From NCBI GenBank assembly GCA_963758525.1, contig CAVWVQ010000005.1, forward strand, positions 224,001 to 288,000: a DNA stretch of 64,000 nucleotides. The letters are read 5' to 3'. Shown one piece after another: positions 34,375 through 45,767 of this stretch. Source of the DNA: an uncultured Phycisphaerales bacterium (GTDB lineage: Bacteria; Planctomycetota; Phycisphaerae; Tepidisphaerales; Tepidisphaeraceae). The first letter of the stretch is position 1; each line of letters starts with the position of its first letter. The position numbers and the translations under genes were made by a program. The notes under the pieces are model-generated. The model saw nothing but the letters and a program-made list of their open reading frames with translations. It was not told the origin of the DNA and made no database searches.

Positions 34375-35526
34375 TCAGATCGCCCGCATGCGCAGGCGAT
34401 ACTTCAGCGGCGTGAGTCCGGTCGCTTGCTTGATGACATACGCCAAATACATCGGCGAGCCGAAGCCGCTCGCCTGCGCGACTTTCGGAATGGGCATCGA
34501 CGTTTCCGCCAGCAACTGCGTCGCCCGGGCCAGACGAACGCGGCGGATCTCCGCGGCGGGGCTGCGGCCGAGCCAATCATGGAACTTGCGCTCCAGCGAC
34601 CGGCGGGCGATGCCCACGTCACAGGCAACATCATCAACCTGGATCGGCTCGGGGGCGTGCTGCTGAATGTAGCGAACCGCGGCTTCCAGTTCGGCGTCCT
34701 CCACGCCGAGCACATCGCTGGATTGGCGGGTGATCACGTGCGTCGGCTTGATCAGCACCGGCTCCTGGGGCGTCTTCTCCCCGTCCATGATTCGGCCCAG
34801 CGTCGCCGCCGCCTCGATGCCCAATTGCTCCAACGGGATATGAATGCCAGACAGTGGAGGCGTCGTGATTTCGTAGAGAAGCTCGTCATCGTCCCCGCTC
34901 AGGACGGCAACCTCTTCAGGCACTCGCAGTCTTGCCCACGCGCATGCGTTCAACACAGCCAGCCCCTGTTGTGCCCACGTGAGGACCGCCACCGGTTTGG
35001 GCAGTTGCGCGAGCCACGCGGAAAGTTGCGACTGCTGTTGTTTCCAGCCGTGCGAGGAGCTGTTCCGGGAGCCAAGAGGAAACAATTCGCAGGGGCGTCC
35101 CTTCGTCCCCTCTGCGTAGGCGGTGTATTGCCGATGAACGTGGGCGAACCTGACCCAGCCGCAATATGCAAAGTGACGAAAACCGCGATCGACGAAATAC
35201 TCCGCGGCCATCGTTCCCGTCGCGCGGTGGTCGATGGTCACGCGCGGAAGCGTCACCCCTTCAAATTCGATGCCGGACACATTGACGATCGGAACCCGCA
35301 GCCGGCGCAGCTGCGCCGCCATGGCCGCTGAAGAAACGCGGGCGATGATCCCCTCACCGGTCCAGTTGTGCGGCGGGCGCAGCGCCTCGCTCTGCCCATG
35401 CGGCTCGACCCGAAGATGCCAGCCGTGCAGCCGTGCGTGGCGGGTGACGCCTCGCACCAGCCCCCGGCCCCAGCCGGTGGAAGTATCCACCAGCACCACC
35501 ACGCGCGGTCGGTTCAACCCCGTCAA
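34375..35526 (-). CDS. XylR-type regulator (periplasmic-binding-like domain + AraC HTH)
   Basis: GIIAR, RVPEEVAVL, PPLSGI, RRSLERKF, SGFGS. Confidence 0.9.
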   Translation of the reverse strand: MTGLNRPRVVVLVDTSTGWGRGLVRGVTRHARLHGWHLRVEPHGQSEALRPPHNWTGEGIIARVSSAAMAAQLRRLRVPIVNVSGIEFEGVTLPRVTIDHRATGTMAAEYFVDRGFRHFAYCGWVRFAHVHRQYTAYAEGTKGRPCELFPLGSRNSSSHGWKQQQSQLSAWLAQLPKPVAVLTWAQQGLAVLNACAWARLRVPEEVAVLSGDDDELLYEITTPPLSGIHIPLEQLGIEAAATLGRIMDGEKTPQEPVLIKPTHVITRQSSDVLGVEDAELEAAVRYIQQHAPEPIQVDDVACDVGIARRSLERKFHDWLGRSPAAEIRRVRLARATQLLAETSMPIPKVAQASGFGSPMYLAYVIKQATGLTPLKYRLRMRAI

Positions 35527-35544
35527 ACTAGGATCCTTCCCAAG

Positions 35545-37065
35545 TCAGTGAACATCGTCTCTCCCTCTCGCCGACGAATTCGTCGATGCCTCGGGAGTGA
35601 TAGGCCAGCCCAGCGAAACGAGAAAGGCGTCCGAATCCGCAAGGATTTGCTGACGGTAGGGCGAGTCTCCTTTACGGTATTCGTAGATCGGGTGACCTCG
35701 TCCTTCGAAGAGCTTCAGGTCACAACGTACTCCTGCGCCGGCCATGCGAGACTGATATTCTTTGATCGTCTTCACTGGGATGCAGGAATCTTGCGTTCCA
35801 AGGAATATCAGTGTGGGGGGCGTAGTTGAGGTAATATTGTGCAGGGGCGAAAACTCCCGATAACGCGCCTTGACCCGGACGTCCCCGTAGCCATCCGGGC
35901 CGTTGTCGATCACTGGATACCAGAGTATTTCGGCGCTTGGCTTCGAACTAATCGCCGAATCCTCGGCGGGATCGTCCAGGCCAGGGAGCGTGCCCGCGGC
36001 GGCGGCAACCTGCCCTCCGGCCGATGCGCCCGCGGCCACAATCCTGTTGGGATCAACGCCCAGTTGCCGCGCATGCTGGCGTATCCATCGAATCGCGGAT
36101 TTGCCATCGGTCACGCTGTCGAAGGGCGTGCTGTGATCTTTGGATTCAATTCGATAATCGGCACTGATTGCCACCATTCCCATCGCGGCGAAGTGCGCAC
36201 ATTCCGGATAGAACTGCAGCGGCGTCCCGGCCTTCCACGCCCCGCCGAAGAAGAAGACAATCGCCGGGCGGGGCTTGGCTGCATTGGGTCCGGCGGAGTC
36301 GAAGATGTGCAGCTTCAGATCGCGCCCGTCTGTCTTCTTGTACGTCACAAGGCGCGGCTCATACGAGCAGGTTGGTTTCTCAAGCACCTGTTGCAACGCC
36401 GCGAACCAGCAGCTCGCCATCTTTTCCGCACCCGCCGCGTTGGGATGAACTCGGTCCGCGACTGTGTCTGTCGCCGGATCAAAATCCTTGGCCTGATCGA
36501 CGAGCACGACGCGCTGCTGTGGCGTGTCGAGTCGTTGAGCCAGTTGTGCCAGCGCGTCATTGAGGGCGGGTATGTAGGCGTACTTGGGAAGCTCCCCGCT
36601 GTGAATCACTTGCGCCAGCAAAATGATCACGCGCGGATTGGTCCTGCGAAACGATCGGATCATCGATTCGGTGGCACTGACAATTGCCTGGACCGGTTGT
36701 TCTTCGACACTGTGGTTGTGGCCCGCATGAATCAAAACGATGTCCGCCGGGTGATCGCGAAACGATTTGGCCGCCGCTGGGGCGATGAACTCGGCATTTT
36801 TCCCCGGATAACCTTCATGAAGCAGCGTGCCGATGCGCGACTCCCCCTTTTGCGATCCGACGTATGCGATGAGGTAGCCGGCGGTGTAAAGTTTCTCCCA
36901 GAGCGCAAATCTCCAATTGGAAAATGTGGTTCCACCGGCGGTAATTGAATCACCCACCGCCATCACACGGTAGACCTTCTGTGTCGTGGTTCCCGCGGCA
37001 ACGAACGTCCGCGGCACTCCCAGAAGCAGCGCAAGATAGATGCTCAAATGGCGACTGAATCTCAT
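35545..37065 (-). CDS. Secreted SGNH/GDSL esterase fused to alpha/beta-hydrolase
   Basis: GDSIT, GHN, DRVHPN; then FFGGAW, GASAGG, GTQD, GRGH. Confidence 0.85.
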   Translation of the reverse strand: MRFSRHLSIYLALLLGVPRTFVAAGTTTQKVYRVMAVGDSITAGGTTFSNWRFALWEKLYTAGYLIAYVGSQKGESRIGTLLHEGYPGKNAEFIAPAAAKSFRDHPADIVLIHAGHNHSVEEQPVQAIVSATESMIRSFRRTNPRVIILLAQVIHSGELPKYAYIPALNDALAQLAQRLDTPQQRVVLVDQAKDFDPATDTVADRVHPNAAGAEKMASCWFAALQQVLEKPTCSYEPRLVTYKKTDGRDLKLHIFDSAGPNAAKPRPAIVFFFGGAWKAGTPLQFYPECAHFAAMGMVAISADYRIESKDHSTPFDSVTDGKSAIRWIRQHARQLGVDPNRIVAAGASAGGQVAAAAGTLPGLDDPAEDSAISSKPSAEILWYPVIDNGPDGYGDVRVKARYREFSPLHNITSTTPPTLIFLGTQDSCIPVKTIKEYQSRMAGAGVRCDLKLFEGRGHPIYEYRKGDSPYRQQILADSDAFLVSLGWPITPEASTNSSARGRDDVH

Positions 37066-37082
37066 GGGATCACCTTGCCGGA

Positions 37083-39366
37083 CTACGACTGGTAACAACG
37101 CACCTCGAACACCGCGGCCGGGACCGAGTCGCTGGGATGTTCGAGTTGAATTGCCAGAAACCGCGTTCTTGCGGCGCTCTGCAAACGCACCGTATTGCGC
37201 GTGCGATGATTCTCAACACAAGCTGCGAGCACCTGGCCGGTGTCGTCGAGAATGCGGTATTTGCGGACGCACATCGGCATGACGTCCTCCGGATGCCCCA
37301 TCAACACGGATTCCATCGGATGGTCATAGTCAGTATCAAAGGTCAGTTCGATCCGGCTGATACTTTGCGGGTGGTCCCACGAAATCGTGAGGTGCGGCCG
37401 GGAATCATTCGGATCGGCCACCCATGCGTTGGGCTGGTTCGTCGGCCGGGCAATTCCGTTCACCACGTTTTGAGGCATAAACAGATCGATCGCGGGCTCG
37501 ATCTTCATCGCCAGGTTGTGCCCGCCGGGACGACGCCGCGGAAGCCAGAACTCAAAGCTCTCCACGCCGATGTCTTCAGGCGGTTGCTGGGTTGCGCTCC
37601 TGGCAACCGCCTTGTTTGCAGCATGCGTGAGCGACAGAACTCCGGTCACACGCAGCGCGCTGGCGCGCACCGTCAACTGCCTGTTGGGACACAAAATCAC
37701 GAACGCGTAGCACGGATGGTCGATGTCCGCGTCAAAATCAATCCACACGGGCTGCTCCTCCCCCGCGCAAGCAGATCGATCGGCGCGACAGCGTCACGTC
37801 CGGCGTATGGTTGTCCGGCTTCGAAGCGATACGCAGCTCGGCCTGCAATTCCGTGGCAAGAGCGACGTCCAGCAGGAAGGACATCCGCGGCAGCTTTCCG
37901 CACGCAACCGGCAGCATCATCGCCAACGCATCAGTCAGAACAATTCTTGAGCCGGAGGGAGGAAGCGCACCCAATTTCAGCTGGCTTGATGCGGAGATTC
38001 GCGCGGATCGGCACAGGTCGTCGGGATCTTCCAGTCGCCGGCCGGGAATGTATTGGCCCATGCGGATCAAATCGCGCTGAAGCGCGCGGATCTGTTGGGC
38101 GCCGGAGATGTCTCGCGGCAGAAGGCCTTTGTTTTTGCATAGCGCCGCCGCCATTCCCACCGCCTGCGCGGCGTGGGCGCATGTCGCCATGACGCGCGAT
38201 GATCCGAATGCCACGTGCGATGCGGAAATAATGCGGCCGGCAAGGAAGAGGTTGCGAATATTCCGCGAATACATGCAGCGATACGGGATTGGGTAGACTC
38301 CCTTTGTATGCCATTGATTGCAGCCCGGCCGCTCGGAGAAGACTCCGTCAGCGGGATGCAGATCGATCGCCCAGCCGCCGAAGGCGACGTCATCCTGGTG
38401 GCGGCGCTGTTCGACCACATCCTGCTGCACCAGCATGTAGTCCCCCTCGAAGCGGCGTGATTCGCGTTTCCCGGGTATCTGTCCGATCCATTCGAGCGTG
38501 AGGTTCTCCGCCTCGGGAAACTTTCCGGAATTCTTAATGTGGTTCCACACCCCGTAAACCACTTTCCACAGCTCCCACTTGATCGTTTCAGTTTCATGCA
38601 CCGTGTCGAGCCGCCCGCCGTACTCGATCCACCAGAGCCGGCAGCCAAATTCCTTCGTGTTGAAGCAGCGGAATCGCGGAATCGTGGTCATGTCCGTCAG
38701 GGCAAAGCTCGGAGGCGTAAACTTCACCGGCTTTCCCGCGTCCTTCGAATAGAAATAGAGCGAGTGGCCCAGCAGCTCGCCATACTCTTTGGACGGGGCG
38801 AATTTCTCTCCAAACTCCTCGCTCGACTCGGCTCCCATGCGGAACGCCGCGCCGGCGAGAAAGCCGACCACGCCGTCCCCGGACGCGTCACAGAAGAGCG
38901 GCGCGCGAACGTCATACATCGTGGAGTTTTGCGAGCAGAATGCGCGGAGAGATTCGATGGTGTCGGCATCGCGCTTGGCCAGTTCACAGACGGCGGTGTT
39001 GAGCAGGAGGGTGATGTTTGGCTCTTTGACGAGCATCTCCAGAAGCAGGGCATCGACGAAAAGCGGATTGCCGTCAGGATTGCGATACATGTTCTCGACG
39101 AGGATTTCGTCGATGACGCCCCCTTCGCGCGCCCAGCGGTTGTTGTTCCCCATGTGCGACGTCGCGCCGAGGATCCACAGCCGGACTTCCGACGACGCGT
39201 TCCCGCCCGGCACCGGGCGATCGTGAACGAGCACCACCTTGATTCCCGCCCGCGCCGCGGTGATGGCGCAGCAAACCCCTGCCATCCCTGCGCCGGCGAT
39301 CGCCAGATCACAATCCAAATGGATGGTTTTGAGCGCGCGTTGATGTTCCCCTGGGGCCACGATCAT
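37083..39366 (-). CDS. FAD-dependent oxidoreductase (frameshift ~37765)
   Basis: GAGMAG, GGNASSE, DASGDG, KRESRR, SSRVMATC. Confidence 0.85.
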
Positions 39367-40684
39367 GGCATTGCCTTAAATCCTTTCAGCGATATCGGAT
39401 TGCGGCCGCTCAGTCCAAACCACAGGATCAGCCAGGCGAGCGGATGGAGTCCGCCGGCCAGCAGGTACCAGGCATTGTAAGAGCCTGATTTCAGCAGGTT
39501 GCCGACAAATTCGTTCATGAAGATCGCACCAAGCGAGCTTCCGGCCGCGACGATGCCAAAGACGGTGGCCAGCGAGCTGGACGGGATCACGTCGACCACG
39601 AGCGCGGTGATGTTGGTCAGCCACGCCAGATGCGCCAGCGCAATCAGCGACGCCAGCGCCAGACTCCATTGCGCCGCGCCACCCAGGCCACCAGTGGTGA
39701 AAGCGGCATCACGACCGCGCACCCCAGCATCGTCATCAATCTTGCGCGTCTGGGTATCTGCCCGCGTCGAATCAGTCTTCCGGCAATGATCCCTCCCAGC
39801 AGGCTCCCGATGCCGCCGGCCAGGAACATTACCCACGTGATTCGGATATCCCCCTGCGAGAAGTGACGCGCGGTCACGAGATACTTCGGATACCAGTTTT
39901 GATAAAAGAACCAGACTGGATCGGACAACATGCGGCCGAAAAGAAGGCACCAGACCGCCGGCTGCGAGAAGGCGTTGAGCCAGCCCATTGCCGGTTCGTC
40001 GCCAGGCAGATCCAACGACATCCTGATTGCCTGGCGCGTCTCAAAGCGCCGCACCATTTCGGTTTTGATCGGGCGATAGAAAATTGCCCAGGGTACGAGC
40101 CAGAGCAGTCCGGCGATGCCTGTCAGCACGAATGCCGAGCGCCACCCGTGTGCGTCGGCGATCCAGATGATCAGCAATGGAGCGACAGTCATCCCCAGCG
40201 GCGTGCCAGACGAGTAGATGCCGATCGCCAGACCGCGCTCCCTGGCGGGAAACCATTCGGCGACCGTCTTCGGCGCCGCGGTCCAGTTACCCGCTTCCCC
40301 CAGGCCAAGCAGAAAGCGAAACATGCCCAGTGAACTGACCGACCTCGCCCAGGCGGTCATGACGTTGGCGATCGACCACCAACCGATAAACAGCGCCATG
40401 CCGAGCCGGGCTCCAAAGCGATCAACGATGAGACCGGAGCCCAACAGGGCGATGGTGTACGCGATCTGGAACGCATTCTGGATCGCGGCGTATGTCTGGT
40501 CGCTGAAGTGGAGGTCATGCTGAATCGTCGGCGCCAGCAAAGCAAACGTATTCTTATCGACGTAGTTCAAGACGCTGGCAAAGAAGAGCAGCCCGACAAT
40601 CAGCCAGCGCGTTGCTGGAAGCGCACCATCGCGGGGAGCTTCGGATTCAATTGGCCGAGGATTTGTCAGGGACTCCGCGATCAC
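39363..40684 (-). CDS. MFS transporter, ExuT/ACS-like (frameshift ~39680)
   Basis: LNYVDK, DRFGAR, RFLLGLGEAGNW, EWFPARERG, DPVWFFYQNW. Confidence 0.88.
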
Positions 40685-42672
40685 CGGTGCGCCTCATTTG
40701 CGGGATGCACTTCCCGCGAAACGCGCACGTGAGGGGACAACTGCTCAGTTGAATCCGCCACGGCGTACCCCGTGGGCGTCATCAGCGTGACCTCTGTTGT
40801 GCCGGGCCCCGTTTGTGCCAGGATCGACGCTGTCCACGCAGCGTCTCCGGGCTTAAGGTCAGGAACATTCATCTCGCCGCCGTCCCACTTCAGCTTGTAT
40901 CCGCGCAGGCAATAGCTGGGGATTTCATCCGTGCCGCGCGGCTCAATTTTGACGACGCCGTTGACAACAGTCAGTGAATGCACGGGGCTGAACAGCCTGC
41001 GCACCTGCTGGTAGGCCGCCTTGGGATGACGGTCCACATCAACAACACCCCACTCCCGATTCCCTGAAGCAGGAGTACCCCTGTAGTCACTGCGATAATC
41101 GTTGAACGTCCACATCGACACGCCAATCACGTACGGATGGCCCGCGAGCGTAGCCATCGTCTTCTCGAGGCCGGGGATCGTCGCATCGCTGGCGGCGCCG
41201 ATTTGACGCGCGCCAAACTCGGAAAAGAAGATTGGCAGATCCGGCCACTTGGCGTGAAGAATTTCCGCCGCCTTTCCCGGCGCTCCGCCGTAGTAATTGT
41301 GGAGAAGGATTTCGCTGGCTGAGATCGGATCGTTCGCGGGGCCGTAGTCTTTTTGAAGTCCGCTGTTGCTGACATACGTGAGAATCCGGCTCAGGTCGAG
41401 TTCCTTTCGCGTGAAGGAGAGCATCGATCGGACGTAGGCGTCATGGTGGGTCAGCTCGTTGCCCATGCTCCAGCCGATGATGCAGGGATGGTTGTAGTCT
41501 CGTTCGATCATCTCGCGCATCCACTGCCGCGCAAGCGGATCGTCGGGCTTCATATTGGGATCCTCTTTGCCCCAGACCGGGATCTCACAGAAGATCAGCA
41601 TTCCCTTCTCGTCGAGATAGTTCAGGAGGTTTGGCGCCTGCGGGTGGTGCATCAGGCGCGCCAGATCGGCTCCCGCGCATTTCATCAGATCGATGTCGCG
41701 CCGAACCAGTTCATCGGGCTCGGTACTGCCCGTGGTGTTGCTGTCGGCGACGCGATTGAAACCGCACAGGCGCACCTTCTCCCCGTTCAGCAGCAGCGCG
41801 TCTTTGGTCACCTCGATTTTGCGAATTCCGAATAGATCGGTCCTCTCATCGACCACATCCCGCCCGATCGACAGGCTCGACGTCAATGCGTACAGGTTCG
41901 GATGATCAAAATCCCAGAGCCGAACCCGATCCTTCGACATGTTGCAGTGCGCCTGGATGATCTGCTCTGCTTTGGTTGGAATAGTCGCAGTTGCCGAGAG
42001 ATTCGGCTCCGCCGCGCCATCGATTCGGGCCGCAATCGATACCACCAGCGGCTTGTCACTCTGGTTGAGCACCTTCCAGTCCACCGACAAGTTCGCCTGC
42101 CCTTCGGAAAGGATTGGCTCGGCGCGGATATGCTGCCAGAGAAGCCGCGCATCGCCGCTGGCCATGAGCGTCACCTCCCGGCTGATTCCTCCCCAGGACC
42201 ACCACGCCCCGCGGTGGGGGGCGTTATTCGCCTCCACGAGCAGGACATTTGGGCTGTCCCACTTCACGGTGCCAGTGAGATCGAATTCAAATGGCGTGTA
42301 CCCGCCCTGGTGAGAACCAAGCTTCGCGCCGTTCAACCAGACAGTCGCCTCCTGCGAAACCGCACCAAACCGAATGCTGACGTGTTTCCCGCGCCATTCC
42401 GGCGGAGGCGCGAAAGTGCGTCGATACCAGCCGCTCCCTTTGTGCGTGCGATAGGCCGGCAGCGTGTCCCAGTTCCCCGGCACGGTGATCGAATCCCAGC
42501 CTGCATCCGAACCGGCGGCAACGGATGAATCCATCGTGAATTGCCATTGGCCGTTCAGCGATACGAGCGGGCTGCCAGCCGCCTGCGCATCCGCGGAGCC
42601 CGCACAGACTGCATCGATGCAGCAGCATGCCAGGAGAATGAAGCCCCCCAGTTTCAACGATCGGAAGTTCAT
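40681..42672 (-). CDS. Glycoside hydrolase family 2, secreted
   Basis: SLNGQW, GWYRR, GGYTPFEF, NHPCIIGWSMGNE, FSEFG. Confidence 0.9.
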   Translation of the reverse strand: MNFRSLKLGGFILLACCCIDAVCAGSADAQAAGSPLVSLNGQWQFTMDSSVAAGSDAGWDSITVPGNWDTLPAYRTHKGSGWYRRTFAPPPEWRGKHVSIRFGAVSQEATVWLNGAKLGSHQGGYTPFEFDLTGTVKWDSPNVLLVEANNAPHRGAWWSWGGISREVTLMASGDARLLWQHIRAEPILSEGQANLSVDWKVLNQSDKPLVVSIAARIDGAAEPNLSATATIPTKAEQIIQAHCNMSKDRVRLWDFDHPNLYALTSSLSIGRDVVDERTDLFGIRKIEVTKDALLLNGEKVRLCGFNRVADSNTTGSTEPDELVRRDIDLMKCAGADLARLMHHPQAPNLLNYLDEKGMLIFCEIPVWGKEDPNMKPDDPLARQWMREMIERDYNHPCIIGWSMGNELTHHDAYVRSMLSFTRKELDLSRILTYVSNSGLQKDYGPANDPISASEILLHNYYGGAPGKAAEILHAKWPDLPIFFSEFGARQIGAASDATIPGLEKTMATLAGHPYVIGVSMWTFNDYRSDYRGTPASGNREWGVVDVDRHPKAAYQQVRRLFSPVHSLTVVNGVVKIEPRGTDEIPSYCLRGYKLKWDGGEMNVPDLKPGDAAWTASILAQTGPGTTEVTLMTPTGYAVADSTEQLSPHVRVSREVHPANEAHR

Positions 42673-43096
42673 TGAGTGATCCTGCTATTTCACCCGCTCG
42701 CCCGCGGACATCCGTTTTCGTGCGTTTATAGATAGCAACAGAACCAGCTCGCCGACCTCCAATTTTGCGCAATTATTTTCAGATTTTGCGCCATCGCAAG
42801 CGTCGCCCGACGCAGGGAAATCGCACTGCACATCAAGCTTGTCATTTGCACCGCCTCTGTCCGGTAAAAACACCAGAACGACGTGACAATATCTCAGTCA
42901 TAGATCCGTGTTTGTTGCAAAGGAGGGAATCAGGGATCGGGAGTTTCTTTTTTTTCCGCCGCCGGCTTTCCCTTCGTCACCCCGTCGATGGTGGCGCCAG
43001 GAACTTCTTCAGCCGCGCCGACCCGCTTGCCCCACGCCGACCACTCCCGCGACAGCATTGACCATCGCGGTGATTTTTCATGTCCAATTTTTTTTG

Positions 43097-44704
43097 TTAT
43101 TCTTCGACGTGAGCCGGTGGGTTAGGTTCTGGCGCATCCAGGGCTTTGCCAAAGTACTGTGGGTTGGGTGTCGGCATAATTGCCCCGACGTCCTTGCGCC
43201 ATTGGACGAGCTTGTCGTGAAGTTCGGTGGCTTTATTCGGGTTGGTGGCGGCGAGATTGTTTTTTTCGCCGATGTCGTCGTGCAGATTGAACAGCTCCAG
43301 CTTCCCGTCTTCGTACCACTCAATCAGCTTCCAATCTCCATCGCGAATGGCGCTGCCGGGCGATCCACCCTGGTTGCTGTAGTGCGGGTAATGCCAGAAG
43401 AGCGGACCATGCTGGACGCTGCCGCCGCAGAGCAGTGGCGCCAGGCTTACGCCGTCCACGTGCTGCTGGGGCTGTAGCGGCAAGCCGGCCAGTTGCAGGA
43501 GAGTTGGGAACAAATCAGGCGAGATCACTGGCGTGTCATTAACGGTCCCGGGCTTCGTGACGCCCGGCACGCGGAAAATCATTGGCTCACGGATTCCGCC
43601 CTCGTAAAGCCAGCCCTTCCCGCCCCGCAGCGGCAGGTTGCTGGTGGGCGATCCCTCGGCTGTGCTGAGACCGCCGTTGTCCGATGTAAAGATGACGATC
43701 GTATTCTGGGCGAGACCCAGCCGGTCCAGTGCTCCCAATACGTCGCCGATGCCCGAATCCATCGCTTCAATCATCCCGGCATAAACGGCATGATTCTGCA
43801 CCAGGCGCACCTGGCTCTTTTCTTCCTGTCCAAACTCCGCACCGGACTCCCGCAGTGTTTTCGCCTTGGCCGCATATTTTGCGATCAAATCTTTGCGTGC
43901 TTCCAGCGGAGTGTGGACGGAATAAAAACTCAAATAGGCGAGAAACGGTTTGTCGTGATGCTCTTCGATAAACTTGATGGTTTCCTGCGCAAGGCGGTGC
44001 GGCAGATTCTCCCCAACTGGCCCGTCGGGCAGCTTGGAATTGCCGTAGGGGGAGAAATACGTCTTCGGATGGCCCCAGCCGAGGCCTCCAATATTGATGT
44101 CGAAACCCTGGTGTTCCGGCCAATAAATCTCCTTGTCGCCCAGATGCCATTTGCCGGCGAAGAACGTCGCGTAGCCCTGATCCTTAAACGCCTTGGCGAG
44201 CGTTGTCTCCGACAGCGACATGTACTGTTGATAGTGAGCAGGTATTAGTTTGTGTTTTCCTCGGTACCGGGGGCCGGGCTCTGCTCCGCCGATCCATTCG
44301 GTGATTCCGGTGCGGGGCGGATACTTGCCTGTCAGAATGCTGGCGCGAGTGGGGGAGCAAACCGGGCAGGCCGCGTATCCGGATGTGAAGCGCATGCCGT
44401 CTTTGGCAAGATGATCGATATTCGGTGTCTCATAGAACGTCTTTGGATTGTTCGCGCCGATATCCATGTATCCCATGTCGTCGGCGAGAATGAATAGAAC
44501 GTTCGGTTTGATGGCCGGGGCCGTGTCTGCTTTGGTATGAACAACGGTCCATGTCAGAAGGTAGGCCGCGACGAGAACCAGCGAGGTCGCAGGCAGCAGA
44601 ACGGTACCGCGCAACTGCTGCCATCTGCCTGCAAGGGGTTGCTTATCTGAATGATGGCTTACGTTTTTGGTCATGAATGCTTTCTTCGAGCGTTCGTTGT
44701 TCAA
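43097..44704 (-). CDS. Arylsulfatase (formylglycine-dependent)
   Basis: ADDMG, CSPTRASILTG, GKWHLG, SDNGG, YEGGIR; start may be 44674. Confidence 0.92.
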   Translation of the reverse strand: MNNERSKKAFMTKNVSHHSDKQPLAGRWQQLRGTVLLPATSLVLVAAYLLTWTVVHTKADTAPAIKPNVLFILADDMGYMDIGANNPKTFYETPNIDHLAKDGMRFTSGYAACPVCSPTRASILTGKYPPRTGITEWIGGAEPGPRYRGKHKLIPAHYQQYMSLSETTLAKAFKDQGYATFFAGKWHLGDKEIYWPEHQGFDINIGGLGWGHPKTYFSPYGNSKLPDGPVGENLPHRLAQETIKFIEEHHDKPFLAYLSFYSVHTPLEARKDLIAKYAAKAKTLRESGAEFGQEEKSQVRLVQNHAVYAGMIEAMDSGIGDVLGALDRLGLAQNTIVIFTSDNGGLSTAEGSPTSNLPLRGGKGWLYEGGIREPMIFRVPGVTKPGTVNDTPVISPDLFPTLLQLAGLPLQPQQHVDGVSLAPLLCGGSVQHGPLFWHYPHYSNQGGSPGSAIRDGDWKLIEWYEDGKLELFNLHDDIGEKNNLAATNPNKATELHDKLVQWRKDVGAIMPTPNPQYFGKALDAPEPNPPAHVEE

Positions 44705-44884
44705 TCGTCAGTGGCGTTGGTAGCGCCATTCGTGCTCGATCATCGCAGCTTTGGGGTGATACCCTCAACGCCGTGTAAATCGATCTTGGCGATCGCAGGC
44801 GGCTGGTTGTCGTCCGGAAATCCGGACAATGGCCTCGGCAGCAGAGCGGCGAGGCTGCCATTTATGGAATATCTCATGCTGTTC

Positions 44885-45388
44885 TTATTTTTCACTGGGT
44901 ACGGAGTCCGTATTGTCTTCATTCAACAGCTCACCAAGCGACGCGCCATTCTTTTCCATTTTCGGTTTTTTAGTGACTTTCTCGGATTGCTCCGGGGTGG
45001 TGTAGTGCGGGGAGGGCGTGTGGTCCGCGAGCATGATGTGCTCGATTTTCCGAACGATGTCCGGATGGGCGGCGGCAACCTGACGTAATGCGAAGCGTGC
45101 CGGTCGCAATGGTAATAGAAGCTGCCGGTATCTTTCAGAACGCGGTGTAGTTCCACGCACCTTGGCCGCATGTACTCGATGTACGCCTGGGTGGATTCGT
45201 GCCGGTCGTCGAATGACCGCTTCTCTTTCGTCTCTCCCCAAAAGACTTCGTAGGTTCCGATTCGAGTTAAACGGCGCGTCGATGTAAACGAGGTCAACGC
45301 ACTTCTCTGGCAGCTTGCCGAGTTGATCGAGATTGTCGCCGCAGCAGATGACGCGGGTATCGACGAGCGCGAAGGGTTTGCCCTTCAT
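44885..45388 (-). pseudogene. Chimeric remnant: N4/N6 DNA methyltransferase N-terminus fused to a sulfatase-like C-terminus
   Basis: CGDNL, DLVYIDAPF (DPPF mutated), +1 frameshift, RVLKDTGSFYYHCD..ASHY, then AAAHPDIVRKIEHIM. Confidence 0.72.
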
Positions 45389-45471
45389 GCGTGGCGAGGA
45401 TAGCTGAGCAGCGGCGACGGGTCTACCTTACGGCATCTGACATGCCCTCCCCCGGGAGGTATACTGCCAAC

Positions 45472-45744
45472 ATGAAATGGAATGAGAAATCGGTCGCAGC
45501 CGCCACGGGTATCGGATGCCTGGTGCTGTTCACGGGGCTTCTTATCGCGGATCGGATCGGCCCTGGCTTCTATGCGATTCTCGTTGCGTTCACGATGATT
45601 GTCTCCATCGCGATTTCCGCACTGCCACGCCTCCAAGAACTGACGCTCAAACTTGGACAGAAAACCCCTCACCCCCCATACGCCCTCGCAGAATCAAATT
45701 TCCTATCAGCGTACGACAGCTACGGCAAACATCCATCCTGCTGA
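45472..45744 (+). CDS. Small two-TM protein, possibly truncated
   Basis: TATACT 6 nt before ATG; two hydrophobic stretches. Confidence 0.5.
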   Translation: MKWNEKSVAAATGIGCLVLFTGLLIADRIGPGFYAILVAFTMIVSIAISALPRLQELTLKLGQKTPHPPYALAESNFLSAYDSYGKHPSC

Positions 45745-45767
45745 AACTCCTTCTAAAACAGTTGATC

